64,000 nt of DNA from Acidobacteriota bacterium (GCA_036507075.1 DASXQR010000097.1:29391-93390); one strand, 5' to 3'. Shown: positions 30,945 through 40,150, counted from the first letter of the stretch. Made by a program: numbers and translations. Notes: a model not told the origin generated them from the letters alone.

Positions 30945-31733
30945 TCAGTACTGGCCTTCACTCACGTCCCAGCCGCCATCAACGGCAAGAACCTGGCCGG
31001 TGGTAAATCGAGAATCGTCGGACATGAAGTAAATCGCGGCCGCATCCAAATCGGCGGGCTTGCCAATGCGTCCCCCATCCAGCGGCTGCTTTGTCTTGAT
31101 GAATTTCATGATAACGTCGTTCTCCGCAGCGCGGCGCGACATCGGCGTTTCCACCAGAGCCGGCGCAATCACATTGAAGCGAATATTCTGAGGGGCATAA
31201 TAGGCTGCCAATGCCCGCGTCATCCCGATCGCTGCAGCTTTGGCCGCTGCGTAACCATGCGTTGCAAAGTGGCCGGGAGAAGGCGAGTACGCCAGCACTG
31301 AACTGATGTTCAGAACACTGCCACCTGTCTTTTGCTTCTGAAACTGCTTTACCGCACCCCTGTTTGAATACATCAGTGAAGTCAGATTCAGACGAATAGT
31401 TGCATCCCACCCGCTGTCACTGAGTTCGTGCAGGGGGCCATCGCCGATTTCGCGCCCGCTGCCGCCGGCCACGTGATACAGGCCGTGGAAACCGCCAAAC
31501 GTGATCAGCGCTTCCCGTATGGCGCGCTCAGCGGTGTTGGGCGACTGAGCGTCCCCGGCCAGCACGAGCGCCGCATCGCCAAGCTCGCGCGCGGCAATTT
31601 CGATCTTCTCTGACTGGCGGCCCACGATAACCACTCTGGCTCCCGCCGCGACAAAAGCTTGCGCGGCCGAATAGCCGATTCCACTGGTGCCCCCGATGAT
31701 AACCAGGGTCTTGTCAGCGAGCATCGCAGTCAT
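30945..31733 (-). CDS. SDR-family oxidoreductase
   Basis: GGTSGIG, YAAAK, VDGGW. Confidence 0.93.
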   Translation of the reverse strand: MTAMLADKTLVIIGGTSGIGYSAAQAFVAAGARVVIVGRQSEKIEIAARELGDAALVLAGDAQSPNTAERAIREALITFGGFHGLYHVAGGSGREIGDGPLHELSDSGWDATIRLNLTSLMYSNRGAVKQFQKQKTGGSVLNISSVLAYSPSPGHFATHGYAAAKAAAIGMTRALAAYYAPQNIRFNVIAPALVETPMSRRAAENDVIMKFIKTKQPLDGGRIGKPADLDAAAIYFMSDDSRFTTGQVLAVDGGWDVSEGQY

Positions 31734-31829
31734 GGGGATCTGTATTGCAATCTGGAGGAGTCTTGTCTGAGTCTAAATGGGGTGTCAAGGTCGATTTCAC
31801 CTCGGTAGCGGTCAGTTTCGCTTTTCCTG

Positions 31830-31991
31830 CCAGGTCCACGAGTTGCCACGAAGGCACGAAGACAGAAGGTTTCCCGTATTTATCCTGAAGTGATACGTTA
31901 CCAAATCCACAATAATGTTCCTGAAAGTGGCACTCTAAGATCAGGCTAGATCTTTGTGACTTCGTGACTTCGTGGCAACTCGTGGACCTGG
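31830..31991. repeat. Palindromic element, family B
   Basis: ccaggtccacgagttgccacgaag / cttcgtggcaactcgtggacctgg; core gaagtg...aagtggcact. Confidence 0.8.
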
Positions 31992-32066
31992 GCGGTTCGG
32001 TTGCCGGTGAAAACTCGTGGCCTTGGTGCTTTCGCAGCGATTTCTTTCACGCTAAGATTCACGGGC

Positions 32067-33101
32067 ATGAACCGCCCTCCCCTTCGCACCACCGTGATTG
32101 GCAGTTATCCGTTTCCTGGATGGCTTGAGTTTGCCTGCCGGCATCTTGATAAATTCGGCACGGACGACGTGGAGGAAATGATCCAAGACGCGGTGGTCGC
32201 CGCCATCCACGATCAAATGAACGCCGGCCTGGATGTAATCACCGATGGCGAGCAAACCCGCCTCGATTTCAATCTGTCCTTCTACGGCTTTCTTGAAGGG
32301 ATTGAGCGAGAAACCGAGACGGCTCGACGTTTCGGCCCTCCCGCTCACGACCAGCGGGGTAAACATCCCGTGACCGGTGAAATCCGGGCGCCGCGAGGAT
32401 TGGGCGTGGTTGATGAATTCGCACGCCTGAAAAAGCTGGCGCCTAAAGGTCCCGCATTAAAGGCCAGCGTGCCGGGTCCCTATACGCTGAGCGGGCGCCT
32501 GATTCCGAATGCGGCATATCCGGATCGATACGCGCTGACAGAGGCGCTGCTGCCGATTGTGCGTGCAGAACTGGAAGCGCTGGTACGAGCCGGCTGCACC
32601 GAGATTACGGTAGACGAGCCATCGATGAGCTGCTATGCGCACCGGGAAGATCCCGAGCGCTTCGTCGAAATCTTTAACCGCACCGTTGCGCCCGTTTCAG
32701 GAAAGTGCCGGCTCTCGATTCATCTCTGTTTCGGGAACTACAAGGGCAGAGCGGTGGGCTTGCGTCGCTACGCGCCCATGTTCCCGGCATTTCTGGAAAT
32801 GAACGTGGATGAAATTCACGTCGAAATGGCGAGCCGTGAATTTGCCGAGATTGAGCTAATCGGCCCGATCAGCGACCGAAGAGACGTGGCGGTGGGAATC
32901 GTCGATGTAAAGAGCTATTACATCGAAACCGAAGAAGACATAGCCCATCGCGTGCGGCTCTGCCTGCGTCACGCGCCGCCGCAGCGTGTCTCCTTTGCGC
33001 CTGACTGCGGCCTCAGCCAGACAGCGCGGTGGGCTGCACGGATCAAACTGAAGAACATGGTAGCCGGCGTAAGGCGGGTGCGGGAGGAATTGGGGGGCTA
33101 G
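32067..33101 (+). CDS. Cobalamin-independent methionine synthase catalytic-domain-only protein (MetE-2 'core' type)
   Basis: IGSYP, TDGEQTR, PGPYTL, DEP, Zn ligands HLC, E and PDCGL; about 344 aa, half of MetE. Confidence 0.85.
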   Translation: MNRPPLRTTVIGSYPFPGWLEFACRHLDKFGTDDVEEMIQDAVVAAIHDQMNAGLDVITDGEQTRLDFNLSFYGFLEGIERETETARRFGPPAHDQRGKHPVTGEIRAPRGLGVVDEFARLKKLAPKGPALKASVPGPYTLSGRLIPNAAYPDRYALTEALLPIVRAELEALVRAGCTEITVDEPSMSCYAHREDPERFVEIFNRTVAPVSGKCRLSIHLCFGNYKGRAVGLRRYAPMFPAFLEMNVDEIHVEMASREFAEIELIGPISDRRDVAVGIVDVKSYYIETEEDIAHRVRLCLRHAPPQRVSFAPDCGLSQTARWAARIKLKNMVAGVRRVREELGG

Positions 33102-33300
33102 CGATGGAAGGATGGAGGGATGGAGGGATGGAGGGATGGAGAGATGGAGGGATGGAGAGATGGAGAGATGGAGGGATGGAGCGATGGAGAGATGGAGAGA
33201 TGGAGAGATGGAGGGATTGCCCTCCTGTTCCTCCATCTCTCAGTCCCTCCATCCCTCTTTCCCTCAGTCCCTCCATCCCTCAATCCCTCAATCCCTCAGT
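33102..33300. repeat. GATGGAG(A/G) octamer array with an inverted CCCTC(A/C)AT-type arm
   Basis: About 14 octamer units followed by an inverted arm, between convergent genes. Confidence 0.9.
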
Positions 33301-34143
33301 CCCTTCATCTACCGTCCAGCGCTCGCCGCAGCGCAGGAGCTTGTGCGGTTGCCGCAGCCGCTCGGCTTCGGCTACGAATTCGTCAGGCGACGCGGTGTTG
33401 AACTGAAACATCTCATAGTGGCACGGGATGACCAGCCCGGCCCCCATGCTTTTGGCGAGAGCGGCGGCTTCAGGTCCGGTCAGATTTCCAGCGACCCGGC
33501 GCGCCCGGGAGCGTCCATTGATCGGAAGCAGCGCCACAGTGACGTTATAACCGCGCAGTCTTTCCGCCAATCCGTCGTAATCAACGGTGTCGCCGCTGTG
33601 ATAGACCGTCCAGCACCCGAATCGAATGACATAGCCGAGAAACCGGCAGCGCCCCTGTTCGTCGCGTTGAATTTCCTCGTGGGCGGAAGCGACGCCAATG
33701 AAACGAAATGGTCCGACGTGCACCATCAGGCTGTCATCAATGCCCAGCAGCGCGTCCGCTGAAATTCCCAGGCGCTGCGCCGCAAAATCACGGTTTGCGC
33801 TGGGGACGATCATCTGCGCAGCCGGATTTTTCCGCAAGATTGGGACCACCGTTTCTGCGTCCAGATGGTCCGAATGATTGTGGCTGGAGCTGATCACTTC
33901 GATGAAGTCCAGCCGGTCGGGGGCTACGACACGCGCCGTCATTCTCACATGCGGCTTGTCGGTGCCTGCGTATTTCCGGGTAAGTGAGTCAGAGAGGTAA
34001 GGATCAATCAGAAGGTGGTGGCACTGCCACCGGATCAAGAATCCGCTCTGGCCCAGCCACCAGAGATGAAAAACATCCTGATTCTTCTGCGCTCCCTTCA
34101 CGTCGGCCAGAAACTGATCATCCTTCAAAACGGGTTGTATCAT
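33280..34143 (-). CDS. MBL-fold metallo-hydrolase (UlaG-like lactonase family)
   Basis: WLGQSGF, DPYLS, SHNHSDHLD, YHSGDT, IPCHY. Confidence 0.9.
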   Translation of the reverse strand: MIQPVLKDDQFLADVKGAQKNQDVFHLWWLGQSGFLIRWQCHHLLIDPYLSDSLTRKYAGTDKPHVRMTARVVAPDRLDFIEVISSSHNHSDHLDAETVVPILRKNPAAQMIVPSANRDFAAQRLGISADALLGIDDSLMVHVGPFRFIGVASAHEEIQRDEQGRCRFLGYVIRFGCWTVYHSGDTVDYDGLAERLRGYNVTVALLPINGRSRARRVAGNLTGPEAAALAKSMGAGLVIPCHYEMFQFNTASPDEFVAEAERLRQPHKLLRCGERWTVDEGTEGLRD

Positions 34144-34145
34144 GG

Positions 34146-34275
34146 GAGTTGACCACGGGATTGAGCACGAATTATCACGAATTTCACGAATTTCACGAAG
34201 CTATTTGGAATTTTACGAACTTAACTCAAAAGATTCGTGAAATTCGTGTCATTCGTGCAAATTCGTGATCAACTC
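34146..34275. repeat. CACGAATT-type inverted-arm element
   Basis: gagttgaccacg..cacgaattatcacgaatttcacgaa / ttcgtgaaattcgtg..cgtgatcaactc. Confidence 0.75.
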
Positions 34276-34635
34276 AAGGAACGGCTTTCCCCACGATTTC
34301 ATTCGCGCTTCCAGCTTTTCCGTGCAGTCGCAATCGCAGCACGCCCATGGCTCTGTTCCGTTCTCATCAAGACACTGGCGGCGATCGTGGGCATCCTGGA
34401 TCTTCACCAGATCGAAATACTCCTCCCAGTACGGGCGCTCCTCCTCGAGCGGCGTCCAGCAGAAGCACACTTCCAGCCAGTGCACAGAGCCGTCATCGAG
34501 GACCCGCGCCTGAAACATGTCGCGCACATATTCATCGCCGGCGATGGAACCTTTTCCGAGCGCTCCGGATTCAATCGCATCCCGCAGAGCCTTCTCTTTG
34601 CCGGGTTTCAGCCTCGCTCGAACAAGATAACGCAT
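34249..34635 (-). CDS. Cys-rich hypothetical protein (CxC...C...CCxCxC)
   Basis: 128-aa ORF with protein-like composition; EVCFC, QC and WACCDCDC. Confidence 0.75.
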   Translation of the reverse strand: MRYLVRARLKPGKEKALRDAIESGALGKGSIAGDEYVRDMFQARVLDDGSVHWLEVCFCWTPLEEERPYWEEYFDLVKIQDAHDRRQCLDENGTEPWACCDCDCTEKLEARMKSWGKPFLELITNLHE

Positions 34636-34649
34636 CCAAATATTCTAGT

Positions 34650-34904
34650 CCCCACAGAGCCGCAACCGAAAGCCTGGATAAACCAAAAACTTCACCGCAA
34701 AGAACGCTAAGAACGCAAAGATAGCGCGGTGTAACGGCCTGGAACTTAAAGCATGAAGGCAACGCAACAAAAACAACATGCAACCTTTATTGGCCTTCAT
34801 GCTTTAAGTTCCAGGCCGTTACATCGCGCTATTCTTCGCGTTCTTGGCGCTCTTCGCGGTTAATGCTTTGAATCATCCAAGCTTCCGGTCGTGGCTCTGT
34901 GGGG
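34650..34904. repeat. Nested palindrome: family A-related element inside a second inverted repeat
   Basis: Outer ccccacagagcc..gcctggat / atccaagc..ggctctgtgggg; inner gtaacggcctggaacttaaagcatgaaggc / gccttcatgctttaagttccaggccgttac. Confidence 0.8.
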
Positions 34905-34919
34905 GCATGCACCAATTCC

Positions 34920-35978
34920 CTATTCGGCATGATTGCTTCCTGGCTCGTAGCGCCAGGCGGTTTTGTGACGGGCGCCTTCGGCAAATCGGGTGTCGACGTA
35001 TTCGTCAAATTCAATCTTGCGATTGAGCACGCCGGTTTCAATCATCAGATCGCGCACCAGATCAAAATCGGGCTTGCGCGGCGACAGCGGCGTGTACATC
35101 ACGCGATCCAGGGGGTTTGTCAATGCCCAGCGCAGCAGCGCAGGATTCTGGCGGTAATAGAACCTCCCCACAAAATCAGCGGCGTGTTCGCGGTAAGGAC
35201 GTCCCTTCTCCAGCCACAGTCCCGAGCGGGCGATCCCGTCGACAAGTACCTGCACGGCTTCCGGCCGGTGATCGATCATATCCTGGCGTACCACCAGGAC
35301 GCAGGACATGTAGTCGGGCCAATACTGCCGCGCGTGGAACAGCACTTTTCCAAAGCCCCCCATCTCGGCCTGTGACGGGAAGGGTTCGCCCATCGAGAAA
35401 GCATCAATGGCGCCGGCTGCCAACGCGCCCGCCACATCGGGCGGCGCCATTTCGACCATTTTGATGTCTCCCGGCTTCATTCCGAAATGTTTAAGCACCC
35501 GGAAAACGATCAGGCGCTCATCGGAAAAACGACTGGGAATGGCGATGGTGCGTCCCTTCAGGTCGGGGAATGTCTTGACCGGTCCGTCTTTTCGCACCAC
35601 CACGGCGCTTCCGTAACGATGTCCCAGATAGACAATGCGGATCGGCACACCCTGCGACCGCAGGGCGATGGCCATCGGCGCGACCATAAATGCCGCCTGC
35701 ATTTTATTGGAAATCAGCGCTTCCTTGATTTCAGGGAAGCCCTGAAACAATCTCGGGATAAACAAGTTTCCCGAGGCAGAATAGGCGGAGATATAGTCGG
35801 TTACCGGGCATGCCAGGTGTCAGGTTACCGGGATGTAAGCGACGTTCAGCTTTCGCCGGTCCTCAGGCAATCGGTCGTTCAACAGCACCGACCAGTTGAG
35901 ATTGAGATAAAAGTGCGTCGCTGTGATGATCACCAGCCAGGCAAAAATCCCCGCAACGATTCTTCTCGTGACGCTCAT
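34920..35978 (-). CDS. NitT/TauT (CmpA/NrtA-like) ABC substrate-binding protein with an in-frame TGA at codon 53; candidate selenoprotein
   Basis: AAGGAGG RBS, ATG 35978, TM anchor, LNVAYIPVT-TGA(35822-35820)-HLACPVTDY in frame with the 281-aa ORF (DLKGRTIAIP, GEPF); 352 codons. Confidence 0.8.
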
Positions 35979-36000
35979 AGGAAGTTCCTCCTTTTGGAAA

Positions 36001-36310
36001 GCAGTAGGCGGAAGGCAGGAGGCAGAAGGCAGGGCAAACTAGCCGAACCGCGCACGTCAGCAAGCGGACTCTCTCAGGTAACGGCGTTACTTGTAAACTC
36101 TCGGCCTCCTAGGCCAAACTTTCCGCATGCAAAGCCAGTAGTGTTACTTTGGAGTGTCCGCTTGCTGACGCGCGCGGTTCGGCTGGCACCGCCTTCTGCC
36201 TTCCGCCTTCCGCTTTCTGCCTCCTACCTCCTGCCTTCCGCTTTCTGCCTCCTGCCTCCTGCCTCCTGCCTCCTGCCTCCCACTTTCTGCCTCCTGCCTT
36301 CCGCCTTCCG
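36001..36310. repeat. AGGCAG(A/G) heptamer inverted arms enclosing a family-C inverted pair
   Basis: agccgaaccgcgcacgtcagcaagcggac / gtccgcttgctgacgcgcgcggttcggct inside ggcagaa / gcctcct arrays. Confidence 0.8.
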
Positions 36311-36316
36311 AGGCGC

Positions 36317-37090
36317 CTAGTCGGCCCGAAAGCCCCATCGCACGGCCTTAAACTTTTCGGTACGACGTATCAGAAGATCCAGGCACAACCCGATCAGGCC
36401 GATCAGCAGCATGCCTGAGACAACAAGGTCGTATCTCTTTCCGGCGTTGCGCGCATCAATGATCAGGTAACCCAGGCCTGAATCCACCGCAATCATCTCG
36501 GCAGCCACCACCACCAGCCATGCGATTCCAAGCGCAATACGCAATCCTGTCAGAATCCTGGGAAGCAAAGCCGGAAAGACGACCCGGCGAAACAGCGCCG
36601 CTGGCGAAAGCCCGAAATTACGTCCGGCGTGCAGGTACATCGGCGGAAGATTTCGAACTCCGTTCATGGTCGACACCACCACCGGAAAAAAGGCCGCAAG
36701 CAGGATCAAAAATGCAGGAGCAACGTCACTCACTCCAAACCAGATGATGGCAAGCGGCATCCATGCCAGCGGGCTGATGGGACGCATCATCTGAATTACC
36801 GGATTTACCGCGGCTGCCAGCGCCGGGTACCAGCCAAGAATAATGCCCATGGGCACACCCAGGCACACAGCCAAAGTGTAGCCGACGGCAACGCGCAGGA
36901 GAGAGTCGAGCATGTAGGACCATAACAACCCTTTGCGGGACAGCTCCAAGAGGCCGCGCAGCACCTCAGCGGGCGAAGGGAAGATTGTGGTGCCGCTCGT
37001 GCGAACCCCGTAATGCCAGACCAGAAGGAGCACTACAGTTGCCCCGACAGGCAGAGCAATCGGCTGCCAGCGTTTGTCAAAAAGCGTCAT
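36317..37090 (-). CDS. NitT/TauT ABC permease
   Basis: RPISPLAWMPL, VVVAAEMI..SGLG. Confidence 0.93.
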   Translation of the reverse strand: MTLFDKRWQPIALPVGATVVLLLVWHYGVRTSGTTIFPSPAEVLRGLLELSRKGLLWSYMLDSLLRVAVGYTLAVCLGVPMGIILGWYPALAAAVNPVIQMMRPISPLAWMPLAIIWFGVSDVAPAFLILLAAFFPVVVSTMNGVRNLPPMYLHAGRNFGLSPAALFRRVVFPALLPRILTGLRIALGIAWLVVVAAEMIAVDSGLGYLIIDARNAGKRYDLVVSGMLLIGLIGLCLDLLIRRTEKFKAVRWGFRAD

Positions 37091-37197
37091 ATAGAACTTT
37101 GCAAAAAGCCGTAAACGTCCAGGTGCACGGCTTTTTTGGTTGCCGCCTACGGGCCGGGCTGTCGTTCTGCGGTGAATGCCCTTTAGTTCGCACAGGT

Positions 37198-37989
37198 TTA
37201 AACCTGGTGCGCCAGGCCGATCTCGGAAAAAAGGCTGTCGCGCAACTCCAGGTAGCGCATCGCACTGATATCTCTCGGATGCTCAATGTCGATGTCGACA
37301 ATGCGACGAATTCGAGCCGGCCGCGCGCTCATGACCACAACGCGATCGGCAAGCTGCACGGATTCTTCAATGTCATGCGTCACAAAGAGGATGGTCTTTT
37401 TTTCCGCTTGCCAGATGCGCAAAAGCTCACCGCGCATGATCAGCCGGGTGATGGAGTCGAGCGCTCCGAAAGGTTCATCAAGATAAAGGACGTCGGGATT
37501 GACGGCCAGAGCGCGGGCCACCTCCACGCGCTGCTTCATTCCCCCGGAAAGTTCCTGCGGATAGGCATGTTCGAAACCCTGCAGGCCCACCAGCTTCACG
37601 TAATGGGCGATCCTTTGGACCTTTTCTTCGCGTGAGACATTGAACAGGCCAAAACCGATGTTCCCTTCCACAGTCAGCCAGGGGAACACTCCCCGCTCCT
37701 GAAACACAAAAATGCGGCGTGAATCCGGCTCTCGTACAACTTCGCCGTCAATTGCGACTTCGCCTTCAGTCGGAGGGATGAAACCTCCGACGATATTCAA
37801 CAGCGTCGTTTTCCCGCAGCCGGACGGTCCGAGAAGGCAAACAAACTCGCCCTCCCTAATATCCAGGTTCAAGTTCTTCAGCACGTCCACTTGCTTCCCA
37901 TCGGAAGAAAAAGTCATGCTGAGGTTTCGAATTTCAACTTTTGTCCTGACAGAGGGCATGATCAGCGCCGTCGCAGTCTTTACTGTCAT
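37198..37989 (-). CDS. NitT/TauT ABC ATP-binding protein
   Basis: [29 protein letters not shown]. Confidence 0.95.
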   Translation of the reverse strand: MTVKTATALIMPSVRTKVEIRNLSMTFSSDGKQVDVLKNLNLDIREGEFVCLLGPSGCGKTTLLNIVGGFIPPTEGEVAIDGEVVREPDSRRIFVFQERGVFPWLTVEGNIGFGLFNVSREEKVQRIAHYVKLVGLQGFEHAYPQELSGGMKQRVEVARALAVNPDVLYLDEPFGALDSITRLIMRGELLRIWQAEKKTILFVTHDIEESVQLADRVVVMSARPARIRRIVDIDIEHPRDISAMRYLELRDSLFSEIGLAHQV

Positions 37990-38738
37990 GCGTTAGTGTA
38001 GCCCCATCGAAGTATTTTCAGAGTTTCCAGCTTTCTCATCATGACATCGAGCAGCAAACCGATGAAGCCTATCAGGACCATTCCGGCAACGACCAGGTCA
38101 TAGCGGTTACCGGCGTTCCTGGAATCAATGATCAGAAAGCCGAGCCCGGAATTCACGGCAATCATCTCGGCGGCTACCACAACCAGCCACGCAATGCCGA
38201 GGGTGATGCGCAGGGCGACGATCAACTGCGGCATGACGGCGGGATAAATCACCTCTCGAATCAGCCTTGCCGGGGATAACCCGAAGTTCCGGCCGATATT
38301 AAGATGGATCGCTTCGATGCTGCGAACTGCATTCATGGCAGCCACGGTCAGCGGCAAGAACGAGGCGAGAAAAATCAGGAATATAGCGGCCACATCTCCT
38401 ACACCGAACCAGAGAATTGAAATCGGGGTCCAGGCCAGCGGTGAAATGGGCCGGAGCACCTGGATCAAGGGATTAAAGGTCCATTCGCCGCGCCGAAACC
38501 AGCCCAGAATAAGACCGAATGGAATCGCTGTGATTACGGCCAGCAGATAACCCCACGTCACGCGAAACAAGGAAGCTACCACATACTTGAAAAGCAGACC
38601 TCTCTGGACCAAATCAACCAGGCCTTTGACGACCTGCCAGGGATCAGGAATCAGCGTCGATTTTTCCCACTGCACGGCGACTTGCCAACAGATCACCAAA
38701 AGCGCCGCCCCCGAAAAAGGTATCAGACGTTTCACCAT
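37986..38738 (-). CDS. NitT/TauT ABC permease
   Basis: RPISPLAWTPI, VVVAAEMI; paralog of 36317. Confidence 0.93.
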   Translation of the reverse strand: MVKRLIPFSGAALLVICWQVAVQWEKSTLIPDPWQVVKGLVDLVQRGLLFKYVVASLFRVTWGYLLAVITAIPFGLILGWFRRGEWTFNPLIQVLRPISPLAWTPISILWFGVGDVAAIFLIFLASFLPLTVAAMNAVRSIEAIHLNIGRNFGLSPARLIREVIYPAVMPQLIVALRITLGIAWLVVVAAEMIAVNSGLGFLIIDSRNAGNRYDLVVAGMVLIGFIGLLLDVMMRKLETLKILRWGYTNA

Positions 38739-38808
38739 AGGACAGCAGGATTATAATCCGAGCACGGTGATCATCCGCGATCAATCAGCAGTGCGTTACA
38801 GGTCCCGA

Positions 38809-39087
38809 ATGGCCGGGAATAGTAAATATTCATCCGAGTTTGATGCATCACGTGAGTACGATCCCGCCCCAGCGCTGGAGAAAATCAAGGCTCCGGTGCT
38901 GGCTATCAATTCAGCAGACGACCTGATCAATCCACCGGAACTCGGTCTAATGGAGAAACTGATGCCGCGCGTACGGGGCCGATACATCCTGCTCCCAACC
39001 AGCGATCAAACCCGAGGTCACGGAACGCATTCCCTGCCGGCGATTTGGGGACGGTATTTGGCGGAGTTTTTGAAGGAGATGGAGTGA
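38809..39087 (+). pseudogene. C-terminal fragment of a MetX-like alpha/beta hydrolase
   Basis: DASREYDP...LEKIKAPVLAINSADDLINP...RGHGTH retains Asp/His but no GxSxG segment; about 92 aa. Confidence 0.6.
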
Positions 39088-39183
39088 GCGGAAGGCAGAA
39101 GGCAGGAGGCAGAAGGCAGGAGGCAGGAGGCAGGAGGCCTGCCTCCTGCCTCCTGCTTTCTGCCTTCCGCCTTCCGCCTTTCC
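39088..39183. repeat. AGGCAG(A/G) heptamer perfect-style palindrome between convergent genes
   Basis: ggaaggcagaaggcaggaggc... / ...gcctcctgctttctgccttcc. Confidence 0.85.
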
Positions 39184-39825
39184 CTAAAGCCGGCCTGTAA
39201 GACTAGCCACCAGATTCAGCAGCTTGTCAGGATCTACCGGCTTGGCAGCATGGGCCTGAAAGCCGGCTGATTGAGCCAGCACGCGGTCCTGCGGACGCGA
39301 GAACGCGGTCACGGCCACTGCGGGAACAAGTCCGCCTGCGGCCGGGGCCAGCGATCGGACTTTGCGTACCAGCGAGTAACCGTCCTCGCCCGGCATGGCA
39401 ATATCAACCAGCAACAAATCCGGTTTGTGCTGCGCAAAAAGTTTCAAAGCTTCTGAAGCTGAGGCCGCGATCTTCACGTCAGCTCCTTGATCACGCAGTA
39501 TGAAGCCGAGCAACTCCCTGCAGTCAAGTTCATCATCCACTACAACAATCCGAACACCATTGAGCCTCGGCCGAACGCGCCGTTCCTCTTCGCGGTCAGC
39601 AAACCCGCAGCGTTCCAGATCTGATTCTGCAACACTCATGTATCTCCCACTACTTAAAAGAACCAGGTAAGTCTTGTGGGTGCCGCCCGATTCGAAATGA
39701 TCAATCCAGCCTTCTTTCACCGTGCCTTGCTTCCCCCTGGAACCGGCGGTTTTCACCCGCTCACCCAGCTTAAATCTAAATCCCACCTCTGCAGGATTTT
39801 CCGACTCAGATAACCGTGCCACCAC
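39184..39825 (-). CDS. Response regulator receiver with a small N-terminal beta-barrel-like domain
   Basis: FKLGERVK..G..GTV N-terminus, ERRVRPR linker, VVVDDE, DIAMPGEDG, VTAF, KP. Confidence 0.8.
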   Translation of the reverse strand: MVARLSESENPAEVGFRFKLGERVKTAGSRGKQGTVKEGWIDHFESGGTHKTYLVLLSSGRYMSVAESDLERCGFADREEERRVRPRLNGVRIVVVDDELDCRELLGFILRDQGADVKIAASASEALKLFAQHKPDLLLVDIAMPGEDGYSLVRKVRSLAPAAGGLVPAVAVTAFSRPQDRVLAQSAGFQAHAAKPVDPDKLLNLVASLTGRL

Positions 39826-39930
39826 ACTTTCAGGATAACCTGCCGCGATGAACCCGCCAACCCTGCCAGAGTCCGGAAATCCGAATTCTCCTTTGTCAGA
39901 GGTAGGATAGGTAATTCGGGAATTCTTTCC

Positions 39931-40150
39931 AATGCGGAATGAGGAATTGGGAAAGCAGAAGGCGGAAGGCAGAAGGCGGAAGGCGGAAGGCGGAAAGCAG
40001 AAGGCGGAAGGCAGAAGGCGGAGGGCAGAAGGCGGAATCGGAGAGTGCGGAACCGGAGAGTGCGTAACCGGAGAGTGATCAGAGTCTCCAGGTTTAAGGA
40101 CTCAGCACTGGTATATTCCGCATTCCGCATTCCGCATTCCCCATTCGGAA
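39931..40150. repeat. Composite heptamer element (GCGGAAT arms containing an AGGCGGA/AGGCAGA array)
   Basis: aatgcggaatgaggaat, gaaggcg repeats, cggagagtgcg x3, attccgc x3. Confidence 0.8.

Noticed and set aside
33102..33300. Octamer and heptamer arrays as CRISPR arrays
   Set aside because: Units are 6-9 bp with no unique spacers, and no cas genes are in the window.
33029..33762. Repeat-derived ORFs (MEGWRDG..., RIPHSAF..., LPPAS..., also near 36149, 53400 and 57199)
   Set aside because: Translations of tandem repeats or shadows of real genes, with no protein-like features.
35820..35822. Genome-wide UGA recoding (genetic code 4 or 25)
   Set aside because: Many intact genes here end in TGA at expected family lengths (4329, 7687, 14599, 50896).
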